Source: Lingula anatina
Lineage: Eukaryota; Animalia; Brachiopoda
NCBI GenBank assembly: GCA_051362555.1
Contig: CM120640.1
Coordinates: forward strand, 28,978,503-29,042,502
Reading direction: 5' to 3'
DNA: 64,000 bases
In this document: positions 33,984 to 48,700 of the stretch, one piece after another
Numbering within the stretch: position 1 is the stretch's first letter
Layout of the letters: the number at the start of each line of letters is the position of its first letter
Notes under the pieces: model-generated
What the model saw: the letters and a program-made list of their open reading frames with translations, nothing else
The model's database searches: none
What the model was told of the DNA's origin: nothing
Translations under genes and position numbers: made by a program

Positions 33984-36900
33984 ATGTTTTTTCAAAGATG
34001 GATTTTAGTGTACGGTTTACTGTTTTTATGGACGTGTGAAGCTAGTCTGGGGTCGATACTGCCTCGAGTTCGTAGGACTGTTACCAGCTGCAGAGTAGAA
34101 ATGAATAAAGGACAAAAATACGCCAACATTTTGGATCTAAGAACAAATGCTGGTGTATGCCAAGAAACATCTTCGATCTGTGATACCGTTGGAATTTTGA
34201 ACATGACGGAAGGTGAGAAAATAGTAAATCGTTTGATCGTTTAGGTATAAGCAGTATCATATGTGACCCATGCATGTTAAAAACAGTGTCAACAAATCAA
34301 CTATAAACACACAAGAAAATAGATTGTAAGAGGTGGAAGCGTTGTCTAAAATGCAAAATGCAGTTCAAAATTAAATCGCTGCATTCTCTTTCAAAAGTGA
34401 ACTCAAAATAACAGCATGCCATCACTGTGCAAGCTTATCCGGAGTCAGATCATTTATTTTGAAAAAATATGAGGCAATCTGTAATTAGATAATAACCCAG
34501 TTTTCCATTGAGAGGATTATAGTATTCCCCAGAGGCATTTCAATGTTTAGATAGGTCGTAAAAATGCAGCTTGTGTTAGGTGAAGGCAGCAAATATTCAT
34601 TAGTCTACTTATCGCTTCTGGAGACTTTTTACAATGATATGGCCTAAAATGTACCAAAATGTTATCTCTACATTGTAATTTAAATAATAATATTTACACC
34701 CATGTCCGTTACCTGTCTCTCTTGGCACACTTGAATATTGATGACATATGTTCGCTTGAAGTTAACAAAAGAAGTTCAAATAAATAAATAAACAGTTATT
34801 CACTTTTATATTATAACACATTCATATATACAAGCAGTGTCCAGCAGGTAGGCAAATTTCTTACTCTAAAACATACCATGACACATTTTACAGTTTCTGT
34901 ACCATTCATATTCATGGTATTTTTTAATGTTTCAGCATTGGTGTTGGGAGGATTTGTCTCTTATTCTTGAATTGTAGCGGTATATGCGTTAGATCAGGAA
35001 ATAAGTCTCATCTTCGACCCCCTCTTTATATATAGTCGATATAACGTCTGTGATTCTGGGACTGGCATGGTTTCACATCCCCTCTATGTTTCTCCTGATC
35101 ATGGATGGAGTCTCAATCCTCCATCTTGCTAGGTTGTGTTCTTTCATTCTGGACATATTCAAAGGGCAGTTTATATAAATAGCTACGAGAGAGTTTATTT
35201 TTGCCAAAAGTGTATCCACCCATACCTCACAGTCTTGCTTTAACATTGGCTTTACTAGTATATATCGAATAGGTTTAAATTTGTTGGGGTGAGACTGTGT
35301 TGGGTAATGGAGTGATTGCGTTCAACAGAGGTTTCACAGCCTTAACGATCCATTTGACTGAAATTTGATGCAAAGATAGGTATACTCCTTTGTGATGTCA
35401 AAGTTTCTTTGTTGATACACTAGGGTGTGTGTGTGTGTGTCTGTGTGTCTGTGTGTTTGCATGCGTGTGCGTGCGTGAGTGCGTTAAACAGAGCTTTTAC
35501 TTCTTTGTTATATACAACGCTGGATTTGGAGCACTAACGCACAGAGAGAACCTATAAACACGCTCAGCACTGCCTTAGAACCATTTTTACAATCCGAGTT
35601 TTAGTACTTAGCTCGACTATTGGTATTTCAACGTAATCAAATATACATGTAGAATATGTCAATTTATATTTCAAATTTGAGCTGTTTTGGGGACGTAAAA
35701 TAATCCCACAGGCGTGGATATAGTACTTGCTGCTCCCATACTTTCTGCATGCCATTTTCTCTCAATCGTAAGCATACACGCACCTTTACAAAAGTACCCA
35801 CATCCCATATGCACCATTTCTTTTATCAAAACATATTTTATTGACCAATTTGATAATTATGGTCGAGGCAAATAGTGCATTTTTCGCCTTACTTGTTACA
35901 CGCGTTTTGTCTGTATATTGTTTGTTTCTTATTTACAGAATATCAACTAAATGATATGATTCGGAGCCTAAGAAGGGAAGTACCCTGTTTACCATATCTA
36001 TCCTGCCGGTCAAAATGGGACGGGATTTGCATATCTATCACTTTAGTCTCTAGAGTATTAATTCCAGAAGGGTAGGTATCTTATTTCCCTGACACATTGC
36101 TGGGAGGTAAAAAAATGTTCTGAGGGTGTGATGTCAAGCATCCAAAGAGGGGAAAAGTTCAATATCTGTCAAGTACTTGAGTTTAGTTGCTTCAAAATGC
36201 CACGCTGTTGAGAATCTGTAGTAGAAGGAAGGTAAGATCCTGACGAAAGATTTTTATGTTATTACTAAAGCAGTTTTGCAGGGTACTCGAAGTACATGGT
36301 AGTACTCTTACTTAGTAATTATAAATTTTGGTTTGCAGCACAATTAAAGGAATATTTTGCTTCGGAGATATATGAACGCGTGGGTATCCAATCTAAGTCG
36401 TGTTTAGACTCACACATCGTACTAGTTAGTCGGTCCAACTGTACGGGGGATTCTCGCTAAAGTGCAATCAGTGCAATCAGCTTAATCAGCACACGACGGC
36501 TAATTACCCAGTAGCTGCTCGAAGAGGCGTCCAGACAATTAAGCTAATTCCACTGATTGCATTTCAGCGAGAATCTCCTGCAGAGTTGAACTGACCCAAA
36601 TAGTACGACTTGTGAATCTGAATCTAATAGTTTTGGCATTTGAAAGTTTTTCGTTTAGTAGAAACTGAAACCGAAGAGCATTTCAGAGTGCAGGGAGTTC
36701 ATATTTTTGACGCATACTACTCTCATGTATGCTATAAATTGAATGTTCCTGTAACTGGCATACTGTTGCTCACATCCGTGAAATATTTCACTAAAATTGT
36801 CCTAAAATCCTTCAATTTCCTGCAGATCCTCTGTTGCCACAGAACTCTACAGATGTGCAGAAAAACTAGAGATAGACGGGAAGAACTCTGACATTTGTGA

Positions 36901-38755
36901 AAATAGACTTTTGATCGTTTATTCTCAGTGCGACATGCAGGTAAATGGAAAGCCCAGAGTAGGAAATGGCATATTGATTATCCTGATGCAAATATAAAAA
37001 GTTTAAGCGAGGATTGACTGTTTCATTTTAGATGTAAAACAACTGGTATCAGTCCGATATTAATCAATCAAACAGTGAATGATTATTAAACTCACCCTTA
37101 ACGTAAGAATGTGCCCTTCTTCATTGTAAATACGCTTTGGGTAAACTCTTTGTCGGTTGAAAAAAAAAAGAAACAGTGGGAATCATCCGAGATAGCTTTA
37201 AGTCTCGCGGTTTAGCGTAAAATCGAACGAGATTTCGCGGGAGCGCGGATCAGAAATAATGGGCACACTACATACTGAGTATGTAGTACCCTCCACCAGG
37301 GGTCTCTTCAGCCTTCTCCATCAAACAAAAAATACAAAATACAAAATTTAATGCAATTTTCGTGCAATTTTGCAACAACAAATCCCTGGGGAAGGGTGGC
37401 AGGCCAGCGAGTGCGGTGAGGTAATGAATGAAAGCTGAGAGACTTTATGCACGGGTTTCTTTCTGGTTGTCATCTCTTTTGTGGAATTACAGTTTCTTGC
37501 AAAACATCACGATTTATTGTTTTTGATGTCACTTTCGTATTGGTTTCTAAGAAGACATGCTCAGTGCATAGAGCTTTAGTCTTATCGCTAACACGGATTT
37601 TCGCACATTTTTCTAGTATATCGTCACGACGTGCCGAGCGTCCTATTTAAGGCTATCTTGGATTGTTCCCATAAATGTTAGCTGGAGGTAAATAAACTAC
37701 TATCTGATTTTTTTTAATCGTCCCAGTTTTGGTTTTTAGTGGTTTTGAGAATCTGTGCTTTTTTTGTTACAGATGTCAATTTATGCAAAACCAATGGCAG
37801 TGTCATGGGTGAATTCGTTCTGCATGAGCAAGTTGCTCCGTGAAAGTCAGGCATATTTCAAAGCAGACGACTATTTTGGAGGACTTCTATACGTTATAAC
37901 AAGTTTAAAGTAAATAGACCTTTCTTTTTATTTGAAGAGGTAATGTGTGTTGAATTAGGAAGGGGTGTGGGTCTCTTAATTTGAGCAACAGAATGGCTGT
38001 CCCTTTCCTAATTCTTCCACATACATGTATGTTAGTATTCACGTAGATGTTTTATGTGAATTATGCAGTTCCTGTGAAGGACTCGTTATGGAATCATTGT
38101 GTCAATTTGATGCGAGACTCCATGTATAATAAGTTGTGATCGGCCCCCTAAATAATGGTCATGATTATGCAAAATACCAGTATTTTGTCATTAAGGAAGT
38201 TACTTTTTATGGCCAATGCAACCATTACAGTCTAAATGTGTGCATTTTAGAAAATCAGCCCGCCGTTTATGCTGTAATGATTATGTTGTTTATTTCAGGA
38301 ACGAATTTTTAGGGTTTGGTTGCCGGCCAAACAACAGCAAGAACGTCGAGGAGAAAAATCATCTTTACAGGACCAATGAAGAAAGTCATTATGAAGAAAA
38401 TGTCACCTTCAACAGGACTCAATTCCAAAATGTATCATTTATTTGCTCCAAGAATAGTTTATTCACAGATACAGCAAAATATGTCGACAAACCCCAGTCC
38501 AGTGCTCAGAAACATACTATCCACACCGCCCATGACTCTGGTCATACTACCATTTACTCCGGGGCTGGGGGCCCCGTCAAAGACAAGGAAACAACTGCAC
38601 AAATAGCGTGGTGGGTGATTGTGCTTATAGTATTAGGACTGTGTATCTTGGTCACAGTCGTCATCACCGGTCTCCTCTGTTGTTGTGGCTGCGAAAAATA
38701 CATGGCCTCAGGAGGACCCGATCTGTCAGCTAGACAGCGAGCGTGGACGGTATAA
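33984..38755 (+). CDS. MOLO-1/TPM-like type I membrane protein, divergent paralogue C (~356 aa); exons 33984-34212, 35939-36071, 36826-36940, 37773-37909, 38299-38755
   Basis: Signal peptide plus RVRR; ILDLRTNAGVCQETSSICDTVGIL; LNDMIRSLRREVPC...GICISITLVSRV; GSSVATELYRCAEKL...ICENRLLIVYSQCD; AYFKADDYFGGLLYVI. TM is WWVIVLIVLGLCILVTVVITGLLCCCGC. Exon sizes (133/115/137) and phases match the neighbours. Confidence 0.75.
36404..36621. mobile_element. Degenerate palindromic MITE in paralogue C intron 2
   Basis: The left arm agactcacacatcgtacta...gattctcgctaaagtgcaatcagtg is an imperfect reverse complement of cactgattgcatttcagcgagaatc...tagtacgacttgtgaatct. Confidence 0.6.
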
Positions 38756-39891
38756 ATAAGACCGTTGATTACACATGAAATGCGTTAATTTTTATTTTAT
38801 TCAAACCACTGTTAAGTGAAGCTGCACACTAGGAAATGGACCTAGCGTGTCTTGAAATTATTAGCACGTTCGGTCATATTCGTTTGATTTACAGCAACTG
38901 GTTGGACGCTAAGTGTAATGCCACACACGCCCACATGCGATCGCTCTGCGGCTGCTTGGCCATTAAACAAGATAATGTTCAAGATGTTAGTGTGCTTATG
39001 CTTGGTTGTTAATGTTCCTTTTGATTTGCCAAAAACGACGAACAGGAAGTTAAGTACAGGGCACCTAAAATAAAAAAATCTACACGTTACAGTTTCGTTA
39101 ACTGCAGTGTGTTCGTTATCTCCTTCTTGACCCATAATATTGGTGTGACTACGGTACAAATTCGTACGTGCGAGCATTGATACGATTCATGGTACAAATG
39201 CATGTACAATCCGCGGTACGAGCTGTCTCAGTAACAGGTGTGCGTATTGGCACGACGCAGGGTAGGAGTTATGGCACATCCCAGGATAAGAGTGCATAAC
39301 AGATAGTATCCAGGTCATCAGTCTTTTTGAGGACCGGGTGAGTTTTTTTCGGACAAAATGTAATGAATTTGGGGTTTTCTTTCACATTATGTATAAAATA
39401 CTCGAAAACGGCTGCACAATTGCCGTTTCAGTAAAGATCAAAACACAATATCAACAAGACGATTTTAGAGAAAAAAGTTATTCAGAAATTAAGTATATTT
39501 GATCATCAATCCCTTTTTTTTTTTTTGTGCATTTTATAAATACATATATAAATATATATATTGAACTCTGAAGTGACATGAGACACGACTTTAAGCAAGT
39601 TTTAAACAGTACTTTACTGATATGTATATTAATTAATTGGCGAAGTAGTCTTACTTCCTTCCGTTTACCTGTATAAATTGACCATGCACATAACGCCCTC
39701 TGACGCTGGTTTTGCAGTGAGATAGACCGGTATTTTTGGCAGGTAAAATATGCATGGTAAAGAGCACCTCTGATCTACGGTGTATGATTCTTCAACTGGA
39801 ACAAGCGGTAAAAATAGACACGTTTTTGTATGTTTCTGGATATCATTCTCACTCTTGTCGCACGTTTGATTCACCCTCCTCAGAAACAGTC

Positions 39892-42410
39892 ATGAAACTG
39901 AGACACGGAAACAATATTTGCAGCATTTTGTTTTTCATAGAGTTTTTATGTTTGAGAACAGTTATTTCTGGACAAATTCTTTCGTCAAGTAAAGAAAGAG
40001 AAATAGACGAAACGAAGAAAGGGCTGGTGGAAAAAACGTTGTCATACAGACTGAGCAATATCTCCAACCCGAGGATAGATTTTGAAGGATGTGGTAGGAC
40101 GAGGAAATCCTGGGTCTGCAATCCAGCAGGTGTTCTTGAAAACCTCCATGGTGAGTGGTTATGTTGATAAGAGCATCATCTAATGGGAATCTCCGTTAAT
40201 CCAACAGTTATTTTAACAGTTTGATGAGTTTTTGATGGTGTAATTCATTACGAAAATACACATTAAAATATTTGTTTGAAGTACAGCAATCAGATTTATT
40301 ATGCTATTCGATTTATGAAATGTAACTGTGTTTATGGCTTTTATTTTCACTTTACAGCTGAACGCCTAGATCATATGATCGATGATATCTTGAACGCCAC
40401 TGCATGCCCCTGTGCTAAGCCTTGTGATAATGGAATAGCTGGATACAGCATATCAATTCTGGTTGTAACGAGCATATATGTACCATCTGGGTAAGACCTA
40501 TTTAGCACAACTCCTATACTATTTCTTTTCAAAACTTTATCACGAATAAAATCGATGTGTCATCTCTAGATCCCCAAGCAATAATACCTGCTTTTATTTT
40601 CCCCAAAAACTTACAATTTGTACATGCTTAACTTCATGAAAAGATTTCCCCTTTTGTTTTATTTTACTTGTTCTTCCACAGATTACACTTAACACAAACT
40701 ATACTATGGGGAGGTGTGACATGGATGATAATGTCAACCGGAATCGATTTGTTTAACTCCACTAAACGCACAAGCATGAATAATGAACGCTGTATCTGGT
40801 CACTTGAAGGTCCATTAAACAGTTTGCTCTGACAGATAAATGACACCACGCCAATTTTAACTGCCCGTCGCGTTTTTAAGAAAAATGTATGGACTCACGT
40901 TATCCTCACACTTAACAGCGTCCAACGGTTGCGCCCACACATGCACACATATGATAAATATCAGAGAACAGGAAATTAAACCTAAAAACTAACTCACATT
41001 TTGATTAAAAAGAAAACCAATGCTCTTCGTTCCAGCTCCAGTATTTTCAATGAACTGAGTGGCTGGGGTTACGCACTGGCTAATCAACTGTGGAACTTTG
41101 GTACCTGTGGAAATGACATTGTTCTCGTGCTTTCACGAGATGATGATAGACGGGTATGTTAATCGAAAATTCCATATATTTGATAGTTTCCTGGCACAAT
41201 TAAGTTTGTTTCACAACAATCCAAATGAATTACAAGTCACTAATGTCGGTTCAAGGCAGGTGTCCACTTGTTGCCCTGACCTCAAGGTTTGCAGAGTACG
41301 ACCATCCTGTAAAGCACTCCCTTATTATATGATGAGAATATATAATTTAAAAAACTAGTTCAATCTCATATCACATTTAATCAAATGGATAACGATCCAA
41401 ACCAACGTTTGTATAACATCAGTTCCCTTGAAAGTTTTGTCAAGAGCTGGTCATATATACAATGTATCGGCAATTAGCACCCTAATTCTGTGAGGTAAAT
41501 CTTAGACATGCATTGACTGCTCTAAAAGAAATAACAAACAGTACATATATATATATCGCACGGAAAGTCGTGCACGGTTTCATCGTACGGCGCCCTTGGC
41601 AATATAACCTGGGCTTTACTATGAATAACATGTTTGTGGATGTGATGTATTATTTTCATTATTGTAGCTTGAAGCGTATGCTAATGAGCTGGTATCAGAG
41701 AAGATTGGCGGCACATCATGCTTGTATAAAATACTCCGGGGATGTCGGCCTTATCTTTTTGTCAAGAATTATGCTGCAGCTCTTCAGTATGCCGTCATTA
41801 GTCTGAAGTTAGTTGTACTTTTGAACGCTTTCGATGTCAAAACATCGATTTTTATCATTATTTCATTTTGTTTTATAAAATCTTTTGAATCTGAAATGTA
41901 ACTGACATAATAAAACATAGTTAACGGGTTGTACAAGCTCATATCAGACGACCCTACCATATGCACTTCTACATTTTAGGTTATTAATCACTGTCGTGAA
42001 TTAGTTGCCAATGGCTTATGTCATAACGTTTTTTTTTGTTTTGTTTTTTTAATAGGAAGGTACTTTTGGGAGAGAAGTGCCCCGAGCCCAAGAACTCAAC
42101 AGATTTTATATACGACGAAGACAATAACAGTGTCAAGATCAACAGTAGAAAACAAGACAACGATTTGTCAGAAAAAGACTTCGTTGCCGATGCAAAAGAT
42201 GGTGGCCCAGAAAGTGCCCGTCAGTCAGGTTTACATGTAGAAGAAAGCTCGAACAAAGACGGGGTACCAGGGCTGCTTATTTCTGGCACTTTCTTCCCCT
42301 GGTGGGCTATCGTCCTCATAGTGGCTGGTGCTGTATTGGCCATTTCCCTTCTTATCGCCATGATATGCTGCTGTTTTGGTGGCTGCGGTGGGGGACGTGG
42401 ATATGCTTAA
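39892..42410 (+). CDS. MOLO-1/TPM-like type I membrane protein, paralogue D (~334 aa); exons 39892-40150, 40358-40490, 41036-41153, 41668-41807, 42056-42410
   Basis: YRLSNISNPRIDFEGCGRTRKSWVCNPAGVL; LDHMIDDILNATACPCAKPC...GYSISILVV; WGYALANQLWNFGTCGNDIVLVLSRDD; NYAAALQYAV. An acidic stalk leads to TM PWWAIVLIVAGAVLAISLLIAMICCC. Phases 1,2,0,2. Confidence 0.82.
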
Positions 42411-42821
42411 AGCTGATGTAGACTGAGAACTGTATAAATTCTCATAATTGGCCAGTTTCCCGTCTCGCCTTATGACATTTTTGAGTAATTACACGCCTAC
42501 GGACTTCACCTCTATTTTCATTTTATCGCCTTTAAAACATCTGCAATAAAAAATATCACACGTGGGTGACCGCAGTAAATGGGATTAATCTTACTGCTGC
42601 CAAGAAAGTAGATCTGAATAAGGGTGCTGGGGCACTGATTATATGAAAAACGAATCTCAACACGCACATTTCTCTCATCATTTAGATTTTTGTGATATTC
42701 TGCTGTCTGTCAAGTCATTGTGTTAGTGATGACGACGAGCCGTGCAGTTTGTGTGAATGTGCAAGCTGAACCTGATCCCATCCTAACAAAAGAAACACAT
42801 GAACATTTGCGTGCATTTATC

Positions 42822-44346
42822 AATAAAGGGAACCGGAGAAGATCAGCATTGGTCAGAATTGTGCCGGAAGTGACGTGCAGTGGTGTTAGAAACGAAGCTG
42901 AGTGGTCATTTTAACATAGAGGTGAACGGCAGTGAAGACGGGTTGTCGGAGGAAAAAGAAGTTTTCTAAACAACATGGTAAGATAACACTTTTTCTTTAC
43001 GCATTTTGGGCAGAGAAAACTTGTAGAAGTAATAAATGCATGATATGAAAACGTGACACGGAACTTGAAGGTGCAAAATCGTGCTTAATTGGCGGTCAAC
43101 TTGTTTTAAAATGAATGCTGCATCGACCGCCATTGCGACAAAGAGTGTAAATGGAAAATAATTCCCGGGAGGCTGTAAATCGTTGCCATGTGGAAATTTG
43201 GCATTAATATAATCCGATATGTCCATATCTAAGTATTTTTGGGGTGTATGAGCTGCAATTAGAACGAAGTTTTAGAGGTCTTGAAGGACCTTGTGAAAAC
43301 AAGGAAGTAGTTCGTAACTAACAAGTGAAATGTACCGATCTCCGACTGCTGTGCACAGCTGTATCTTTTTTTCAATATATTGACGAATTTTTGTCACAGG
43401 ACAAATAAAACATTTCACTGACAAGATCTTCCCAAAAAGACAAAAAGAGAATTCAGGTGAGCTGACAGGTAATTAAGACTAGCTCAAAGTACTAATAATT
43501 GACATTATTATGCAATACTCAGTTGGTAAAACGATTCTCACAGGTAGATAACATGTAACATGACCAATTTCTATAGGCTAATGATTGCCAGCCTGAGGAA
43601 ATTGATTGCCAGTCTCTTTTGTCAGTGATTTTTAACTCAGATAAGAGGCTGTCAGAATGTTACCTTTGTCTTGGCATTTGTCACTGATTAGCGCCTTCCC
43701 CAGTGTAAAAGGTATATCAGTGTGATCATGTGTGTGGAATTTCATGCCAGATGGACATATAAAGATCTAAAAATTCGTCAATATATTTAAAAAAAGATAC
43801 AGCTGTGCACAGCAGTCGGAGATCGGTACATTCCACTTGTTAGTTACGAACTACTTCCTGGTTTTCACAAGGTCCTTCAAGACCTCTAAAACATCGTTGT
43901 AATTGCAGCCCATACCATAAAACACCCAAAAATACTTAGATATGGACATATCGGATTATATTAATGCCAAATTTCCACATGACAACGATTTATAGACTCC
44001 CGGGAATTATTTCCCCTTTACCCTTTTTGTCGCGCTGGCGGTCGACGCAGCATTTATTTCTAAACAAGTTGACCGCAAATTAAGCACGATTTTGCACCTT
44101 CAAGTTCCGTGTCACGTTTTCATATCATGCATTTATTATTTCTACAAGTTTTCTCTGCCCAAAATGCGTAAAGAAAAAGTGTTATCGTACCATGTTGTTT
44201 AGAAAACTTCTTTTTCCTCCGACAACCCGTCTTCACTGCCGTTCACCTCTATGTTAAAATGACCACTCAGCTTCGTTTCTAACACCACTGCACGTCACTT
44301 CCGGCACAATTCTGACCAATGCTGATCTTCTCCGGTTCCCTTTATT
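42822..44346. mobile_element. Foldback-type element with ~570-bp inverted arms (42822-43392 / 43769-44346) and ~380-bp spacer
   Basis: aataaagggaaccggagaagatcagc... at the left end is the reverse complement of ...gctgatcttctccggttccctttatt at the right end. Near-identity extends inward to caatatattgacgaattttt / aaaaattcgtcaatatatt. Confidence 0.88.
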
Positions 44347-45789
44347 AATGGATACAACCTAGTGAATGCATGCTTCTCATACCGAAAAAACACCAGCGAT
44401 TGTTATGAATTCCTAGTATGAACTATTTACATTTTTAAAAGAAATATCTTGTTAAGTGTTTAAATCAAGGACATGCATATGTAAATGCCACGTGAGATTT
44501 GTTTACATAAAGCCTCTTGTTTATCATTCATTTTTATTATTTTTACTACTTAAAAGTACAACTACATAGACGAACATTTTGTATTTTAATATGACATTTA
44601 TTTCTTTTTTTAACATAAACTTCATATAACCCTAGTATTTCCTTGACTTAATGACGTATGACTGCTATGTATTACTCATAAATTCATGTGGCACTTGTCT
44701 TAGTTGACTTGCATGGCATCTACCCTTAACATCACACGCGTGTGACTGCTTATACTTGACATGAGCATTTACATTTCCTAAATAATGTTTCTGTAAATAG
44801 AATACGTAAGGTAGAAAGAACAAGTGGACAAATACTAGTAAAACACGATCATTTTAAGGGACAGTTCATAGGGTTCTTGTTGCCTTCATTTTTTCCTTGC
44901 ACGGAGGCAAAGCTTACATTCCAAAGGTTTGTTTCATGCCTGCTGGAAAACTGAACTATTCTATTCGAATGTAAGAATTACATGTAACTGGTTTACTCCA
45001 AGTAAGGAAAAATGTGCCCCCAAATAGGTACGTCAACAAATAAATGTCGACAATTATTAGAAAATTGACAAAGACAACAAGGAAATATATCTTTGTATTT
45101 TCCCCCAGATATACTCATTTCTTAAGTAAAAATCACTGCTCTTGTATCTCTTTTTAAAACGTGTATTTTGATAAATATTATGATTGGGGTCAATTTTTAT
45201 GAATGACGCATGGCCATTGCGCTAAAGTAAATTACTAAACTGGGGAGTGTCATATTCTTCCCAACGTACGGTTATAAATGTCACACAATACGCGGATCTT
45301 CATTTATCAGCGCTGAAGATTCACTGGTGATAAAAGTGTACCTTCTGACATTCCATTTCTTGCAAAAGATTCATCACATATCTCTTCAGAATAACCTGGT
45401 GCAGTGCATGAACACGGACTGCGGTTTTATTCTACTTCTTATATGAAGTAGTAATAAAATTTTAACTTGCGGCTTGATGGCACCGGTTTTAAGACTTTGA
45501 TATCAGGGAAAATAGGGAGGACGTCTTATCTACTTGACAAATGTGAGGCACCGTTACTCCTAGGTCGGGAAAGCCCATAATTACCTGTCTAATACAAACC
45601 AGTCATGCGGGTTGGTATGATGAGCAACACATTGAGAACTCACATATAGGGCGCTCACTGCTATTTCTCTGGCCGAAAAAAAGCGAAACGTTATTTTGGG
45701 CACTAATAATGAACAGAGCAAGTTTGTCATAACAACAGGGATATCAGAGTAGAATCTGTTTTATTTACAGGAGTCACGCTTCGTCGAGA

Positions 45790-48700
45790 ATGCGCGGAAA
45801 AAGAGATCTATTGTACAAAGACCATGACCCAAGGACGTTATGGATTGTCTTAAGGATTTATCTTTTTACCTTCTACATTTTAACGTCGGTCAGAGCGTTG
45901 GATCATAACAGCGAAAAAGTTGACAGAATACTTGGAACAAATACGGGTAGTATGGACAAAGGATTGTCCTCAATTTTAGAAAATGCCATATTTGGCCGGT
46001 TTAGGCGGCAGACCACTGGCTGGACCCTCCAGGAGATAGCTAACCCCAGTACGGACCCTGAGGGCTGCGGCAGGACAGCTCCTGGCTGGGTATGTGACCC
46101 CGGCGGTGTGCTGTTGACAGAAGACGGTAACAGTTCTTTTTAAAACAGAAATTTTTATCTACAGGTTTTGTATCAGAATAAAACCTATTGGTCACTGGGC
46201 ACTATTTACAATGAAAGTAAAATTAAAACTTAAGTTTGAGGTCATTACTACCAACGAACTTCTTGCAAAGCCCAAAAGTTGCCAACAGTTTACATATTTT
46301 AAAAATATTTTTATATAATGAAATTAGATTTTCGTTAGTAGCAGACCAAATATCACATTTATACATCACGTGTACTATATTTATATTTTGACTTTAGTGA
46401 TTATTTCACAGAGAAATGCTCCTACAAAAAATTATATTAAAAGTGTTTACGACAGTTTACACCGACAGCACAAAAACACGGATGACAAAATCTCATTATA
46501 GCACCCCTTGGTCATAAAACACAAGTTCTTATTCACTAATAAGTAATCAATTAACCGTTGTTGTTCATATTTCTACCCCATGTTAAGCAAAAACAAGTGA
46601 GCATGACACATATTCGTACCACCACACCTGAAAGCACACAATATATCATTATACGCCAGCGCCAGGTAGGTCAGGTGGGACATGCCCTCTGACGCATTCC
46701 ACGCCGTGATGATATTCACCCGAGCTTCACTCATGGCCATCTGAAACACATAAGTACTTTCACCAAAGAATTTAGAAGTGAAGGCGGTAATAGCCGTAAT
46801 ATCTTGCAAAGCATTTTGTACTAAGATAACTGAAATCAAACAACCCGAAGCATTGGGTTAAATATATCCAGTCTGGGATCTTATTAAACTTTAATTGAAA
46901 TCAATATGAAAGTAAAGGTATAGGGCCTTGTCCCCACTGTAGTACATGTAGTATAAGTATCAGACGAAGAGACGAGATAAGAAAATCGCCAGGCCTTCTT
47001 GTTTTATAAGAGATTGGAAAAGAATAAGGCTAATTGAGAGTCGTTTTAAAGAATACCAATCGCGGATGCATATCGAAACACGTATGTAAACACAGGGTTC
47101 ATAAAATGTGTGTGCAATTTTTCTTGAAGAGAAGGGGGTACATAACCTGTTTGAATATGGGCCCCTTGTCTTTTTCAGTTAACCGCATGGATCAGCATAT
47201 TAACGGGATCATGAGGGATTCGTTATGCCCGTGTCCCGGTGCTTGTCCGTCTGGGCTGTCTGGATACAGTATCTCTGTGGCCATAGTTCCCAAGATGAAT
47301 GTTCCAAGCAGGTGAGATATTAATTAATCTTCTGACTGTATCTTTTTGTTGTCCGTTCAGGTTTATATACACATGGCCAGGTAGGATTAAATGGATGTTT
47401 TAATGTTTACTTCAAAGTACATATCCTTGGGGAACCCCCCACAATTGCCCTGCCAATATTGTGACACTTAAGTAATAGAATCAAACTGTACAAAAGTGAT
47501 GTTTTTCATGCTTCACGCTGCCTTAAAATGACGTATTCATGATTTAGTTAGACAACAGGCCCGTTGCCAGTAATTTCAAAAGGGGGTTCTTTTTCTCAAA
47601 AAATGGACCTTTTCCCATAAAAACTTAATGTACCTAGATCAAATTTTACCCAGAATGGACCTTTTCCCAGCAAAAGGGGCGGTTCTTTCGAACCCCCCGA
47701 ACCTCCCCTGGCTACGGGCCTGGACAACTACCCTCCCCGCCCCACCCTACGTAAATTAAAATAGTTCACATTTTACTGTCTAAATCTTGAACTGTTTTGT
47801 TCTTTCATTCAGTTCTTCTACTTCGATAGAGGCTAAGAAATGGGCCAGTGAATTGGTCCAGACCAAGTGGAACTTTGGCAGCTGTGATAACGATGTTGTA
47901 ATATTTTGGTCAAAAGAAGACAGGCAGGTAAGTGACATTCGTATTTCTTAGTTTGTCTTTCCTTCATCTCCTGGGAATGTGAGGCTACAAGCTCACAATA
48001 TACCCAGTGATAATAATTTTACTTTTACAATTTTGAACTATTCTTGTAATTCACATTTCAAAAATGTACACATTGAAAAGGTATGTCTAGTTTTATTAAC
48101 TTTCAGACCTCAGAACTACATCGAGTTTACATTTTCCAATCGATAATCAATTTTACCATTACAGTCCGGATTACTCAGGAAAACTGTTAACGTTTCATTT
48201 CTGTTTTTGCTATTTTTCCATTCAGTTGTATTCTTCCGCGGGTTCTCGAGCTTATAAGAAGCTGTCAGGTGATTGCGTTGGAGATATTTACTCTGAAGCA
48301 AGGCCGCTGTTCGACGGGGGCAATTACGCTAAAGGATTTGACCACATACTGAAAGAATATAGGTAAGTTAATTGGTTACACAAATTAGTTAAAACCCAAA
48401 TAATCCATCAAATTTTACAGTTTTTACTTTATACATTTGATAAACAAGGACCGGGTAGTATCCATTCACGACAGCACGCTGGAGATAAATCAAGGATATT
48501 AAGTATTAAATAATGTGCGTAACACTGCCACATGTAACTTCATGTATATCCTCCTCTTGATTTATTTATATTGCTTAAGGAGGCAGGCTTACAAAATGAT
48601 CACTGTATTATCATTGACTTACAGATTAAATTTCACTAAAAAATATAAAAATCGTAATTTTTTTCTTTTAGGAAAGCCCTCCTGGGAGAACGTTGCACAG

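Noticed and set aside
32300-35420. Possible old LINE fragments on the minus strand
   Set aside because: Only vague compositional hints; I could not read convincing RT or endonuclease motifs without a search.
36339-36407. Possible alternative exon 3 of paralogue C (..YMNAWVSNLS..)
   Set aside because: It has an in-frame stop and no donor. A clean 115-nt exon with correct phases exists at 36826-36940.
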